From NCBI GenBank assembly GCA_965249025.1, contig OZ252215.1, forward strand, positions 83,209-147,208: DNA of 64,000 nt, written 5' to 3'. The position numbers were made by a program, and so were the translations under genes. The notes beneath the pieces are model-generated. The model saw only the letters and a list, made by a program, of their open reading frames with translations, was not told where the DNA came from and made no database searches. The stretch is from Dehalococcoidia bacterium (GTDB taxonomy: Bacteria; Chloroflexota; Dehalococcoidia; Lucifugimonadales; CAYTFF01). Positions within the stretch are counted from its first letter, which is position 1; every line of letters starts with the position of its first letter. Shown one piece after another: positions 9,901-17,116 of the stretch.

Positions 9901-11538
9901 GTAGGTGTTCAAAGACATTACCAGATGCTCTCTCAAGGGGTCTATGGCTGGATTGGTGACCTGCGCGAATCTCTGCTTAAAGTGTGAGTATAGAAGCCTA
10001 GGTCTATCTGAGAGAACGGACAGGGGCGTATCGTCGCCCATGGAGCCAACCGGCTCCTTCGACTCGGCTACCATGGGCAGGATTACCAGCTTCATCTCCT
10101 CGGAGGTGTATCCGAAAGCTCGCATGGTTTCCATATCGGGGGTCACTGTAGACAAGTTGCCGTTTACAGATGCGAGGTACTTGTCAAAGTAGAGCGTGCG
10201 CTTCTTGAGCCACTGTCCATAGGGCTTCATGGATGCGAGGCCTTGCTTGATTTCACCGTCTTTCAAGATCCTCTTATGGGTGGTGTCTACGGCTATCATG
10301 TGGCCAGGACCTAGTCGGCCCTTCTCCACAATCTTGGAGCCATCGACGTCTATCATGCCCGCCTCTGACCCCATGATTATGATGTTGTCGTCGGTTACCA
10401 TGTACCGCGCTGGCCTGAGACCGTTGCGGTCTAGGCAAGCGGCGACTATTTCGCCATCGGAAAAGGCCAATGCCGCTGGGCCATCCCAAGGCTCGGTAAG
10501 GCAGGCGTGGTACTCATAGAATTCCCTTAGCTGGGTAGGCATGTTGGGCATGTTCTCCCATGCCTCCGGGACTAGCATTGCCATGGCGTGGAGTAGTCCT
10601 CTGCCAGAGACGGTCAGGACTTCTAGCACGTTGTCCAGGCTGGCGGAGTCACTTCCTCCTGCGGTAATTATGGGAGAGAGCTTGCCTATCTGGTCATTCC
10701 ACATGGACGAATGTAGCTCAGGCTCCCTGGCCTTCATCCAGTTGCGATTGCCCTGAAGGGTGTTTATCTCTCCGTTGTGGGCTAGAAATCGAAAGGGCTG
10801 CGCTAGTGTCCAATTTGGAAGTGTGTTGGTGCTGTAGCGCTGATGAAATATAGCTATTGCCGTCTCGAAATTAGGATCGTTGAGGTCTTGGTAAAAGTTT
10901 CTGAGCTGTGGCGCTGCTACAAGGCCCTTGTAGACTAGGGTATTGTTGGAGAATGAGGGTATGTACAGACCTTGTATGCCGCGCTCTGTTACTCTAGCTT
11001 CGATATCTTTACGAGCTAGATACAATTTGCTCTGGAATTGATCTGGAGACATGCTTTCTGGACGAACCACCAGCACCTGGCGAATGTCTGGCATAGTAGC
11101 TAACGCCTGCTGTCCCAGGGCATGGCGGTCTACGGGCACCCGACGCCAACCCAAGAGTGCGAGTCCATGTTGGTTGATGGACTCCTCTATTATGGATAGA
11201 CATCTATCTAGGACATCGTCTTTGCCACATGGCGGGAAGATCATTCCGATTGCCAGGTCTTTAGGATTGTTTGAAGCGTGGCGGCCCAACCTTTCCATCT
11301 CTTTGCTCATCAGCTTGACAGGAATCTGGGTTAGGACGCCGGCTCCATCGCCGGTCTTGGCATCGGCTGAGACGGCGCCTCGGTGCTCCAGGTTGACCAC
11401 CGATTCTATGGCCATATCCAGGATAGAATGGCTTCGGTGTCCCGATATATCGGCAACGAAGCCTACTCCACAGGCGTCGTGTTCGTATTCTGCTCTATAA
11501 AGGCTTCCCTTGTAAGATGGTTCTCTTGCCATACTCAT
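6994..11538 (-). CDS. gltB: glutamate synthase large subunit (GOGAT, 1514 aa)
   Basis: N-terminal amidotransferase Cys (HDACGVGFVADISG) plus FMN/Fe-S and C-terminal GXGXG domains. No small-subunit gene is adjacent. Confidence 0.95.
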   Translation of the reverse strand: MSMAREPSYKGSLYRAEYEHDACGVGFVADISGHRSHSILDMAIESVVNLEHRGAVSADAKTGDGAGVLTQIPVKLMSKEMERLGRHASNNPKDLAIGMIFPPCGKDDVLDRCLSIIEESINQHGLALLGWRRVPVDRHALGQQALATMPDIRQVLVVRPESMSPDQFQSKLYLARKDIEARVTERGIQGLYIPSFSNNTLVYKGLVAAPQLRNFYQDLNDPNFETAIAIFHQRYSTNTLPNWTLAQPFRFLAHNGEINTLQGNRNWMKAREPELHSSMWNDQIGKLSPIITAGGSDSASLDNVLEVLTVSGRGLLHAMAMLVPEAWENMPNMPTQLREFYEYHACLTEPWDGPAALAFSDGEIVAACLDRNGLRPARYMVTDDNIIIMGSEAGMIDVDGSKIVEKGRLGPGHMIAVDTTHKRILKDGEIKQGLASMKPYGQWLKKRTLYFDKYLASVNGNLSTVTPDMETMRAFGYTSEEMKLVILPMVAESKEPVGSMGDDTPLSVLSDRPRLLYSHFKQRFAQVTNPAIDPLREHLVMSLNTYLGPRHSLLEESEEHARLIYLQSPVLLDHEMSALRNMADPILASATIPTLLGVKQGSTGLRDALNRICEEASQAVDQRKSLIILSDKGVDEEHAPIPMLLAVGAVHYHLIREGKGMRASIIAETGEARDMHHMVTLLGYGASAINPYLALACLTDVVQEEHGEDMPLEDALHNYKGTLEKQILKIMSKMGISAVSSYHGAQIFEVIGLSDEVVDLAFYGTPSSIKGIGLEEIAQETLERHRRAFGEPPPKGKLDDYGYYRFRKQGEHHAFNPRMVRALHKTVAEDGTQELYNQFRDMVTGEQPVAIRDLLEFRPLGPAVPLDEVEPASEIVKHFNTASMSLGALSPEAHEVLGIAMNRIGGKSNTGEGGEDSRRFREASNSKIKQVASGRFGVTPEYLAMADEIEIKMAQGSKPGEGGQLPGHKVVEHIAAIRHTQPGVPLISPPPHHDIYSIEDLAQLIYDLKMVNPRAKVAVKLVAEAGVGTIAAGVAKGYADVIHISGHEGGTGASPLISIKHAGSAWELGLAETQQILVMNDLRGRVTLRTDGGLRTARDVAVAAMLGAEEYSFGTSALVSIGCQMARQCHLNTCPVGVATQDPNLRKKFFGTPEMVIRYFFFIAEELRGILASLGARRLKDIISRPQLLAQRKDIANPRAKTLDLSQLLVQLDPEATRPRYCAQDRNDRDAPPLDDDILPKVRPAIEGGKPVTMESKISTVHRTVGARIAGAIAHEHGDKGLPDGSISLRFKGSAGQSFGAFCINGMQLYLEGEANDYVGKGMNGGEIIIRPPQSATFPPHKNVIMGNTVLYGTTGGYLFASGQAGERLAIRNSGAWAVVEGAGDHCCEYMTGGVVVVLGPTGRNLGAGMSGGIAFVLDPDDQLGLNYNPGMVDLESMEAAEDIETLHALIERHWEVTGSPKAREVLDNWDANLPNFRKVKPKPTVAPPPPREVQRARRDALLAASGRKNEQPV

Positions 11539-11640
11539 ATCCTAAGGATTGTAGTCTTACCACTGTTGCTTGAAGTAGGCTTTCGTAAGGTATGCCTAGA
11601 CTAAGACTAGTGTAGCGTCCTTGAAATACTCTCATAAATT

Positions 11641-11746
11641 GTCATTGCGAGGAGTCCCGACGAGTTGGGACGACAAAGCAATCTGGTGGGGATGGCCCCA
11701 CGCCGCCAGATTGCCACGGCCCTCCTTCATCGGGCCTCGCAATGAC
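11641..11746. repeat. palindromic MITE/REP-like element (GTCATTGCGAGG ... CCTCGCAATGAC family)
   Basis: 12-nt terminal inverted repeats with an internal AAGCAATCTGGTGGGG motif. Half-copies lie at 14734-14780 and 49450-49503. Confidence 0.8.
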
Positions 11747-11797
11747 ATTTGCAGTGAACTTCGAAGACATGACGCTAGGATGTTAGGAGCCAGCTTC

Positions 11798-13138
11798 CTA
11801 AAGAATTGGAAGGTACCGCTTTATTTCATAGTCGGAGACCTGGGAGCGGTACTCGTCCCACTCGATCTTTTTGTTTCGGATAAAGGTCTCAAAGACGTGG
11901 TCTCCCAGGGCTTCTCTCAACACTTGGCTATTCTCCGCCGCCTGGATTGCTTCCCAGAGGCTACCAGGGAGAGTATCGATGTCTCTTTGGGTGCGCTCAT
12001 CATCGCTCATCTCATAGACGTTTGACTCTACGGGGTCTGGGACCTCGTACTCCTTCTGAATTCCTTGGAGGCCGGCGGCTAGCATTACACTAAAGGCCAG
12101 GTAGGGATTACATGCGGGGTCCGGTGACCGGTACTCTATGCGCACAGACTCCTCCTTGCCCCTTCTGTATGCGGGCACACGTATGAGGTCAGACCGGTTG
12201 ATCCTTGCCCATGAGACGTAAGCGGGGGCTTCGAAGCCGGGTACCAGACGCTTGTAGGAGTTTATCCACTGGTTGGTGACTAGGGTTATTTCTCTGGCAT
12301 GGCGCATTAGACCGGCTACGAACAGTCGGCCGACTCCTGACAGATAGTAGGGGTCATTCGCATCAAAGAAGGCGTTTTTGTCGCCCCGGAAGAGAGACAT
12401 ATGAGTATGCATGCCGCTTCCGTTGACGCCGGCAATTGGCTTGGGCATGAAGGTGGCGTACACACCCTGTTTGATCGCTACCTCCTTGACCACCAGGCGA
12501 TATGTCATAACCGTATCGGCCATGGTCAAGGCATCTGTGTATCTAAGGTCAATTTCGTGCTGGCTTTCAGCCACCTCGTGATGGCTGTACTCTACAGGTA
12601 TGCCCAACTCCTCCAGCATCAAGACGGTCTCCCTTCGGAGGTTTGTGACGAGATCCTGGGGGTCCTGATCAAAGTAGCCACCCTTGTCCAGGGTTTGCGT
12701 GCCCTGGGAGTCCTTGAAGTAGAAGTATTCCAGCTCTGGGCCTACATAGAAGACGAAGCCCATGTTGGCGGCCCGTTCTAGGTTACGTCGAAGTATGTAT
12801 CTTGGATCGCCTTCAAAGGGGTTCCTTTCTGGGGTGATTATGTCGCAGAACATTCTGGCGACGGCGTTCTGCTTAGGTCTCCAGGGGAGTATGCGGAAGG
12901 TAGTTGGGTCTGGCAGCACGAACAGGTCGCTTTCATCTATTCGCGCGAATCCCTCAATAGATGAGCCATCAAAGCCCATGCCAGTCCTCAAGGCATACTC
13001 TAGCTCTCCTATGGTTATGGCGAATCCCTTTAGATTGCCGAGGATGTCTGTAAACCAAAGTCGTATGAACCTAACGTCGTTCTCTTTGGCCGTCTTGAGA
13101 ACGTACTCTATGGCTTCGGGTTCTCTCTCCATTTCCAT
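11798..13138 (-). CDS. glnA: glutamine synthetase type I
   Basis: VRFIRLWFTDILGNLKGF ... MFDGSSIEGF-like N-domain; 446 aa, typical of GSI. Confidence 0.95.
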   Translation of the reverse strand: MEMEREPEAIEYVLKTAKENDVRFIRLWFTDILGNLKGFAITIGELEYALRTGMGFDGSSIEGFARIDESDLFVLPDPTTFRILPWRPKQNAVARMFCDIITPERNPFEGDPRYILRRNLERAANMGFVFYVGPELEYFYFKDSQGTQTLDKGGYFDQDPQDLVTNLRRETVLMLEELGIPVEYSHHEVAESQHEIDLRYTDALTMADTVMTYRLVVKEVAIKQGVYATFMPKPIAGVNGSGMHTHMSLFRGDKNAFFDANDPYYLSGVGRLFVAGLMRHAREITLVTNQWINSYKRLVPGFEAPAYVSWARINRSDLIRVPAYRRGKEESVRIEYRSPDPACNPYLAFSVMLAAGLQGIQKEYEVPDPVESNVYEMSDDERTQRDIDTLPGSLWEAIQAAENSQVLREALGDHVFETFIRNKKIEWDEYRSQVSDYEIKRYLPIL

Positions 13139-13323
13139 CGCTTGGCTCCCGGTCTCAACGTAACTTGATAACGGCCTTCGGATTTCTTGGTAAGGGAAAT
13201 ACGGGTCTTATCCGAGAATAAGTTGTGATTTTATTCGCAAATTAAGGTTTTGTAAAGGGGTATGCGCTGCGTCTTGCAAATTGCCACCGTCCCAAACAAT
13301 TATGCCTTTCAAACGATGATATA

Positions 13324-13354
13324 GCGCTCACCGTGGCCTATGTACAGTGAGCGC
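13324..13354 (-). terminator. hairpin downstream of glnII (GCGCTCAC-N15-GTGAGCGC)
   Basis: 8-bp perfect stem about 35 nt after the glnII stop. The U-tract is weak. Confidence 0.3.
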
Positions 13355-13386
13355 CATCTCTAAATGCCTGGTGAATAAATTTTCTG

Positions 13387-14448
13387 CTAGGAAGAAACTC
13401 CGGCCTTGCTCGTGTTAGTAGGAATTCCTGCCAATACGCCATCCCTTTCAAAGGCGCTGCAAACGGTGTCGGTGATGAGACGGGTAACCACATAAGGGTC
13501 CATGTTCGCGTTGGGCCTGCGGTCCTCAATGTAGCCCTTTCCATCGCGCTTCACCTGCCACGGAATTCTGACAGAGGCTCCCCTGTCGGAGACTCCATAC
13601 CTGAACTCCTTGTAGGAGCAGGTCTCATGGAGGCCTGTTAGACGCTCCTCTATGGCGAACCCATAGTTGACGATGTGGAGATCGTGTTTCTTGCTCAAGG
13701 CTTCGGCTGCCTGAATACAGGGTTCGTAGGACTCTCTCATTTCTTTAGTGGAGAAGTTAGTGTGAGCGCCCGCGCCGTTCCAGTCGCCTCTGACAGGTTT
13801 TGGATAAAGGGTAGCGCTAACGTTAAAGTCTTCGGCGATGCGATATAGGAGCCAGCGCGCCATCCATAGCTGGTCGGATACCTCGACAGGACCTACTGGG
13901 CCTATTTGGAACTCCCACTGACCTGGCATTACCTCTGCATTGATGCCAGAGATTCGGATATCTGCGTCGATGCAGGCCTGCATGTGTCTTTCCACGATGT
14001 CTCTTCCAAACACTTCATCGGCGCCGACTCCGCAGTAGTATCCACCCTGTGGTGGAGGGAAACCAGAATCCCCGGGGAAGCCAAGAGGGCGTATCCCCTT
14101 AAAGAAAGTGTACTCCTGTTCAATACCGAACCATGTGTCGTGAGACGCGTATTTCTCAGACGTTTCCACGCATGCGGCGCGAGTGTTGCTTGGATGAGGT
14201 GTCATGTCTATGTTTAGCACTTCGCACAACACCAGCTTATTGTCTTCGCCGCGGATAGGGTCGGGACAGACATACACCGGCTTCAAGACGCAGTCGGACT
14301 GGTCTCCTGGGGCTTGGTTGGTGCTTGAACCGTCGAATGCCCAGATTGGAGGCTCCTCACCCAGTGGCACAATCTTAGTCTTAGCTCTTATCTTTGCCGT
14401 GGGGACAGACCCATCTATCCAGATATACTCTGCCATATAGACGCTCAT
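13387..14448 (-). CDS. glnII: glutamine synthetase type II (eukaryote-like GSII)
   Basis: N-terminus AEYIWIDGSVPTAKIRAKTKI and a 353-aa length are characteristic of GSII. AGGAG lies 6 nt upstream of ATG 14448. Confidence 0.9.
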   Translation of the reverse strand: MSVYMAEYIWIDGSVPTAKIRAKTKIVPLGEEPPIWAFDGSSTNQAPGDQSDCVLKPVYVCPDPIRGEDNKLVLCEVLNIDMTPHPSNTRAACVETSEKYASHDTWFGIEQEYTFFKGIRPLGFPGDSGFPPPQGGYYCGVGADEVFGRDIVERHMQACIDADIRISGINAEVMPGQWEFQIGPVGPVEVSDQLWMARWLLYRIAEDFNVSATLYPKPVRGDWNGAGAHTNFSTKEMRESYEPCIQAAEALSKKHDLHIVNYGFAIEERLTGLHETCSYKEFRYGVSDRGASVRIPWQVKRDGKGYIEDRRPNANMDPYVVTRLITDTVCSAFERDGVLAGIPTNTSKAGVSS

Positions 14449-14505
14449 CGCATACTCCTGTCGATAAATTTAGGTATATTAAACAGCTAGAGATGTAAAT
14501 GATTC

Positions 14506-14598
14506 CTATTTGGACTTCCGCAGACGGCTGGGTAGGACGACCCACATTGCTAAGAGACCGATAAAGGCGACTCCACCTAGAATTGCTTCTAGCCCCAT
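14506..14598 (-). CDS. candidate 30-aa hydrophobic peptide upstream of glnII
   Basis: Encodes MGLEAILGGVAFIGLLAMWVVLPSRLRKSK*. AGGAAGG lies 9 nt upstream of the ATG. It is below the ORF-track length cutoff and its stop is 57 nt before the glnII start. Confidence 0.3.
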   Translation of the reverse strand: MGLEAILGGVAFIGLLAMWVVLPSRLRKSK

Positions 14599-14642
14599 AA
14601 TATTAAGCCTTCCTAGCTGTTATATCGAGTTCTTGTCATCTA

Positions 14643-14699
14643 GTTTAACCGCCTACGTTACAAAAGGTATTGCGTGAATGTTAAATCTTTGTTACAAAA
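14643..14699 (-). promoter_or_regulatory. candidate operator: two copies of TTTTGTAAC-N6/8-TTAA(A)C
   Basis: Gene-strand sequence is TTTTGTAACaaagatTTAAC ...(14 nt)... TTTTGTAACgtaggcggTTAAAC. It lies 45-100 nt upstream of the small ORF and glnII. Half-sites are 11 nt apart in the first unit. Confidence 0.3.
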
Positions 14700-14791
14700 T
14701 TCGCCACACTAGTAGGGACATCTTTCCTACCCCGTCGTCGTTGCGAGCGAGCCAGCGAGCGAAGCAATCTGGTGGGGTGGTTGACTACACT

Positions 14792-14968
14792 TCAGCTCTT
14801 GGAGGTCGGTCCCATATCCTGCTCAGGATAGGCCAGCATGCCGTGCTCCGGCATGTCCAGTCCCTCCATCTCTTCCTCTTGAGAGGCCCTTAGACTGATG
14901 GTCCTTTTTATGAACCAGAAGATGGCCAGTCCAGCGCCTTGGGCCCAGGCTGTAACCGTGACCATGCT
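14792..14968 (-). pseudogene. ammonium transporter (Amt) C-terminal remnant
   Basis: 57 codons, VTVTAWAQGAGLAIFWFIKRTISLRASQEEEMEGLDMPEHGMLAYPE..*, matching the conserved last TM helix plus the GLRvseEEExeGLDxxEHG tail of AmtB. The upstream ~350 aa are absent and the fragment abuts a repeat fragment at 14971-14995. Confidence 0.65.
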
Positions 14969-15248
14969 AAAGCATGGGGCATAGATGCCTCTACCTAATG
15001 GTCTTCAACAAAATAAACTGACGTTTTCTCTGTGTGAAGTAAACCATGTAAGGAAATTCTACGTGGTAAAGGCACAAGGTGTTCTCTCCCACCTGCCCAC
15101 CCAGAAAGGTATCTACTCAAGGGCACATCCCCTGAAATCCCTGCCCCTTCGACTACGCTCAGGGTAAACTCCGAGGGATACCCTCTCTGGACTTTCCCAA
15201 TTTGGCCGTCTGCATTATAAATGTCACAATAAATAGTTTATGACTATC

Positions 15249-15308
15249 AGCATGGGGCATCGATACCTCCGCCTTTAGGGGGAGGTCGAGTAGTCGTATC
15301 GTAAATTG
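15249..15308. repeat. ~60-nt interspersed repeat, copy 1 (inverted copy at 50277-50336)
   Basis: AGCATGGGGCATCGAT.CCTCCGCCTTTAGG.G.GGTCGAGTAG.CGTATCGTAAATTG is about 90% identical to the reverse complement of 50277-50336. A partial copy lies at 14971-14995. Confidence 0.85.
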
Positions 15309-15331
15309 GCGCCTTATTTTCTCAATGACCA

Positions 15332-16009
15332 TTAGGATGGGGTCGTAACAGCGAATCTGTATCCTACGTTCCAGATGGTTTCGATGAAGGAGTGTTCCGT
15401 GTCTTCGATTTTGCTGCGCAAGCGTCGAACGTGAACATCGACGGTGCGGGTGCCGCCGTAGTAGCCATATCCCCACACTTTGCTTAGGATGGTTTCCCTT
15501 GTGTATACCATGCCGGGATGTGAGGCTAGAATTCGCAGAAGCTCGTATTCCTTGAAGGTGAGTATGACCTTCTTTCCCTTCACGGACACTTCGTATTTGT
15601 CCAGGTCAATAACTAGATCGCTCGTCACGATCACGTTGCTGCCCACTGCTCGTCTGGTGCGCCACAGCAACTGGCGAAGCCTGGCCTTAAGCTCTGCTGC
15701 GTCGATGGGCAACGTCACGAAGTCGTCCAGTGCCAACTTAACGTCGAACTTGGCGAGGGATTCATTAGGGATCAGGCCAATTACTGCCAAATCAAGCTTG
15801 TGGCAGGCCTCAACGCACTCCCGTTGGTCTTGTGAAGACATAGAGGTGGTGTCCAGGAGCACGATGTCAGGGGGCATGTTTTGGCTGAGCGAGGCCAACT
15901 CTCTATGGTCATCCAGTACGGTTACTGAAATTCCATCCGCCTGAAGGGAATTGAGGGCTTCTCCCCTCTCGTCGTTCACGTCGGCACCTACTAGCAATAG
16001 CTTGCTCAC
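15332..16009 (-). CDS. OmpR/PhoB-family winged-helix response regulator with an atypical (pseudo-)receiver domain
   Basis: C-terminal LTFKEYELLRILASHPGMVYTRETILSKVWGYGYYGGTRTVDVHVRRLRSKIE. The receiver domain lacks the DD pair (LLVGAD), the conserved T/S (VIGLIP) and the K (VTLP). No histidine kinase gene is adjacent. Confidence 0.85.
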   Translation of the reverse strand: MSKLLLVGADVNDERGEALNSLQADGISVTVLDDHRELASLSQNMPPDIVLLDTTSMSSQDQRECVEACHKLDLAVIGLIPNESLAKFDVKLALDDFVTLPIDAAELKARLRQLLWRTRRAVGSNVIVTSDLVIDLDKYEVSVKGKKVILTFKEYELLRILASHPGMVYTRETILSKVWGYGYYGGTRTVDVHVRRLRSKIEDTEHSFIETIWNVGYRFAVTTPS

Positions 16010-16201
16010 GGTTAGACAACCTTAGCTGTACATATAGTGGCAATCATCTCTGCGCCATTATACAGACATCCAGAGGAATGGGAAAACGCAGAAGCTCTCG
16101 TCTATCGATCTACGAGACTGCCTTGAATTCTGTGTAGTTATACGATCGGGTTAGGGGTGAGAGATCGGATAAATCACTTCAAGGAATCATAGGGTGAAGG
16201 G

Positions 16202-17053
16202 CTAGTCTTTTTCTATGAGCACACCCACAGAATTGCCCCACTCCGTCCAGGAGCCGTCGTAGTTGCGCACCCTCTCGTAGCCCAGGAGATACTTTAGGAC
16301 AAACCAGCTATAGGAGGCCCGTACCCCCAGGCGGCAGTAGGGGATGACCTCCTTGTCGGGCATCACGCCCTTCTCTTCGTACATTCTTCGCAGTTCGTTG
16401 GCGGGCTTGAAAACGCCGCTTTCGTTAGCGCCGTCGTCCCAGGGGATGTGTATGGCGCCTGGAATGCGGCCCTTCCGCTCGATCTCCGGCTGATGGGTGC
16501 CTGGCGCCGAGGTGAGCTCGCCGCGATACTCCTCAAGTGCCCTGGTATCCAGAATGGCCACGTCCGAATTACCCAAGCGATTAGCTATATAGTCTTTGGT
16601 AGCCCTTAGGCTAGAGTCGGGGTTCTTGGCATGATAGGCCTTGGAAGAGGGGTTTGGGATATCTGTAGAGAGGGGGCGATTTTCGGCTACCCACTTCTTC
16701 CGGCCGCCGTTCATTATCCTCGCGTCTCGGTGGCCATAGTGCTTGAGGACCCAGAAGGCCCATGTGGCAGTGCGGTTGTTGCCGTCGCCGTACAAGACTA
16801 TGGTGGTGTCGTTGTCCACGCCTGAATTGTCCAAAAGGCGCTCAATTTGCTCCTTTGTGGGGATGTCGCGCATCACCGGATGCTCCAAGTCGGTGTGGAG
16901 TCCCCAACCTACGGCTCCGGGCACGTGGCCCTGTTTATATGCCGACTCTAGGTCTCCGTTGACCTCTACTATAACCAGGGAGGGGTCTGATAAGCGCTGT
17001 GCCACCCAGTCGGTCTCAACTAATAGCTCTGGATTAGCGTAGTTCTCTGGCAT
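16202..17053 (-). CDS. thiosulfate/3-mercaptopyruvate sulfurtransferase (tandem rhodanese domains)
   Basis: Two rhodanese domains with active-site loop CRLGVRAS; 283 aa. Confidence 0.85.
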   Translation of the reverse strand: MPENYANPELLVETDWVAQRLSDPSLVIVEVNGDLESAYKQGHVPGAVGWGLHTDLEHPVMRDIPTKEQIERLLDNSGVDNDTTIVLYGDGNNRTATWAFWVLKHYGHRDARIMNGGRKKWVAENRPLSTDIPNPSSKAYHAKNPDSSLRATKDYIANRLGNSDVAILDTRALEEYRGELTSAPGTHQPEIERKGRIPGAIHIPWDDGANESGVFKPANELRRMYEEKGVMPDKEVIPYCRLGVRASYSWFVLKYLLGYERVRNYDGSWTEWGNSVGVLIEKD

Positions 17054-17116
17054 GTCTAGTCCTCTAAAACAGGTTATGGCGATTTTATATCAGTGCAATA
17101 GATGAGGGCAAGTTTG

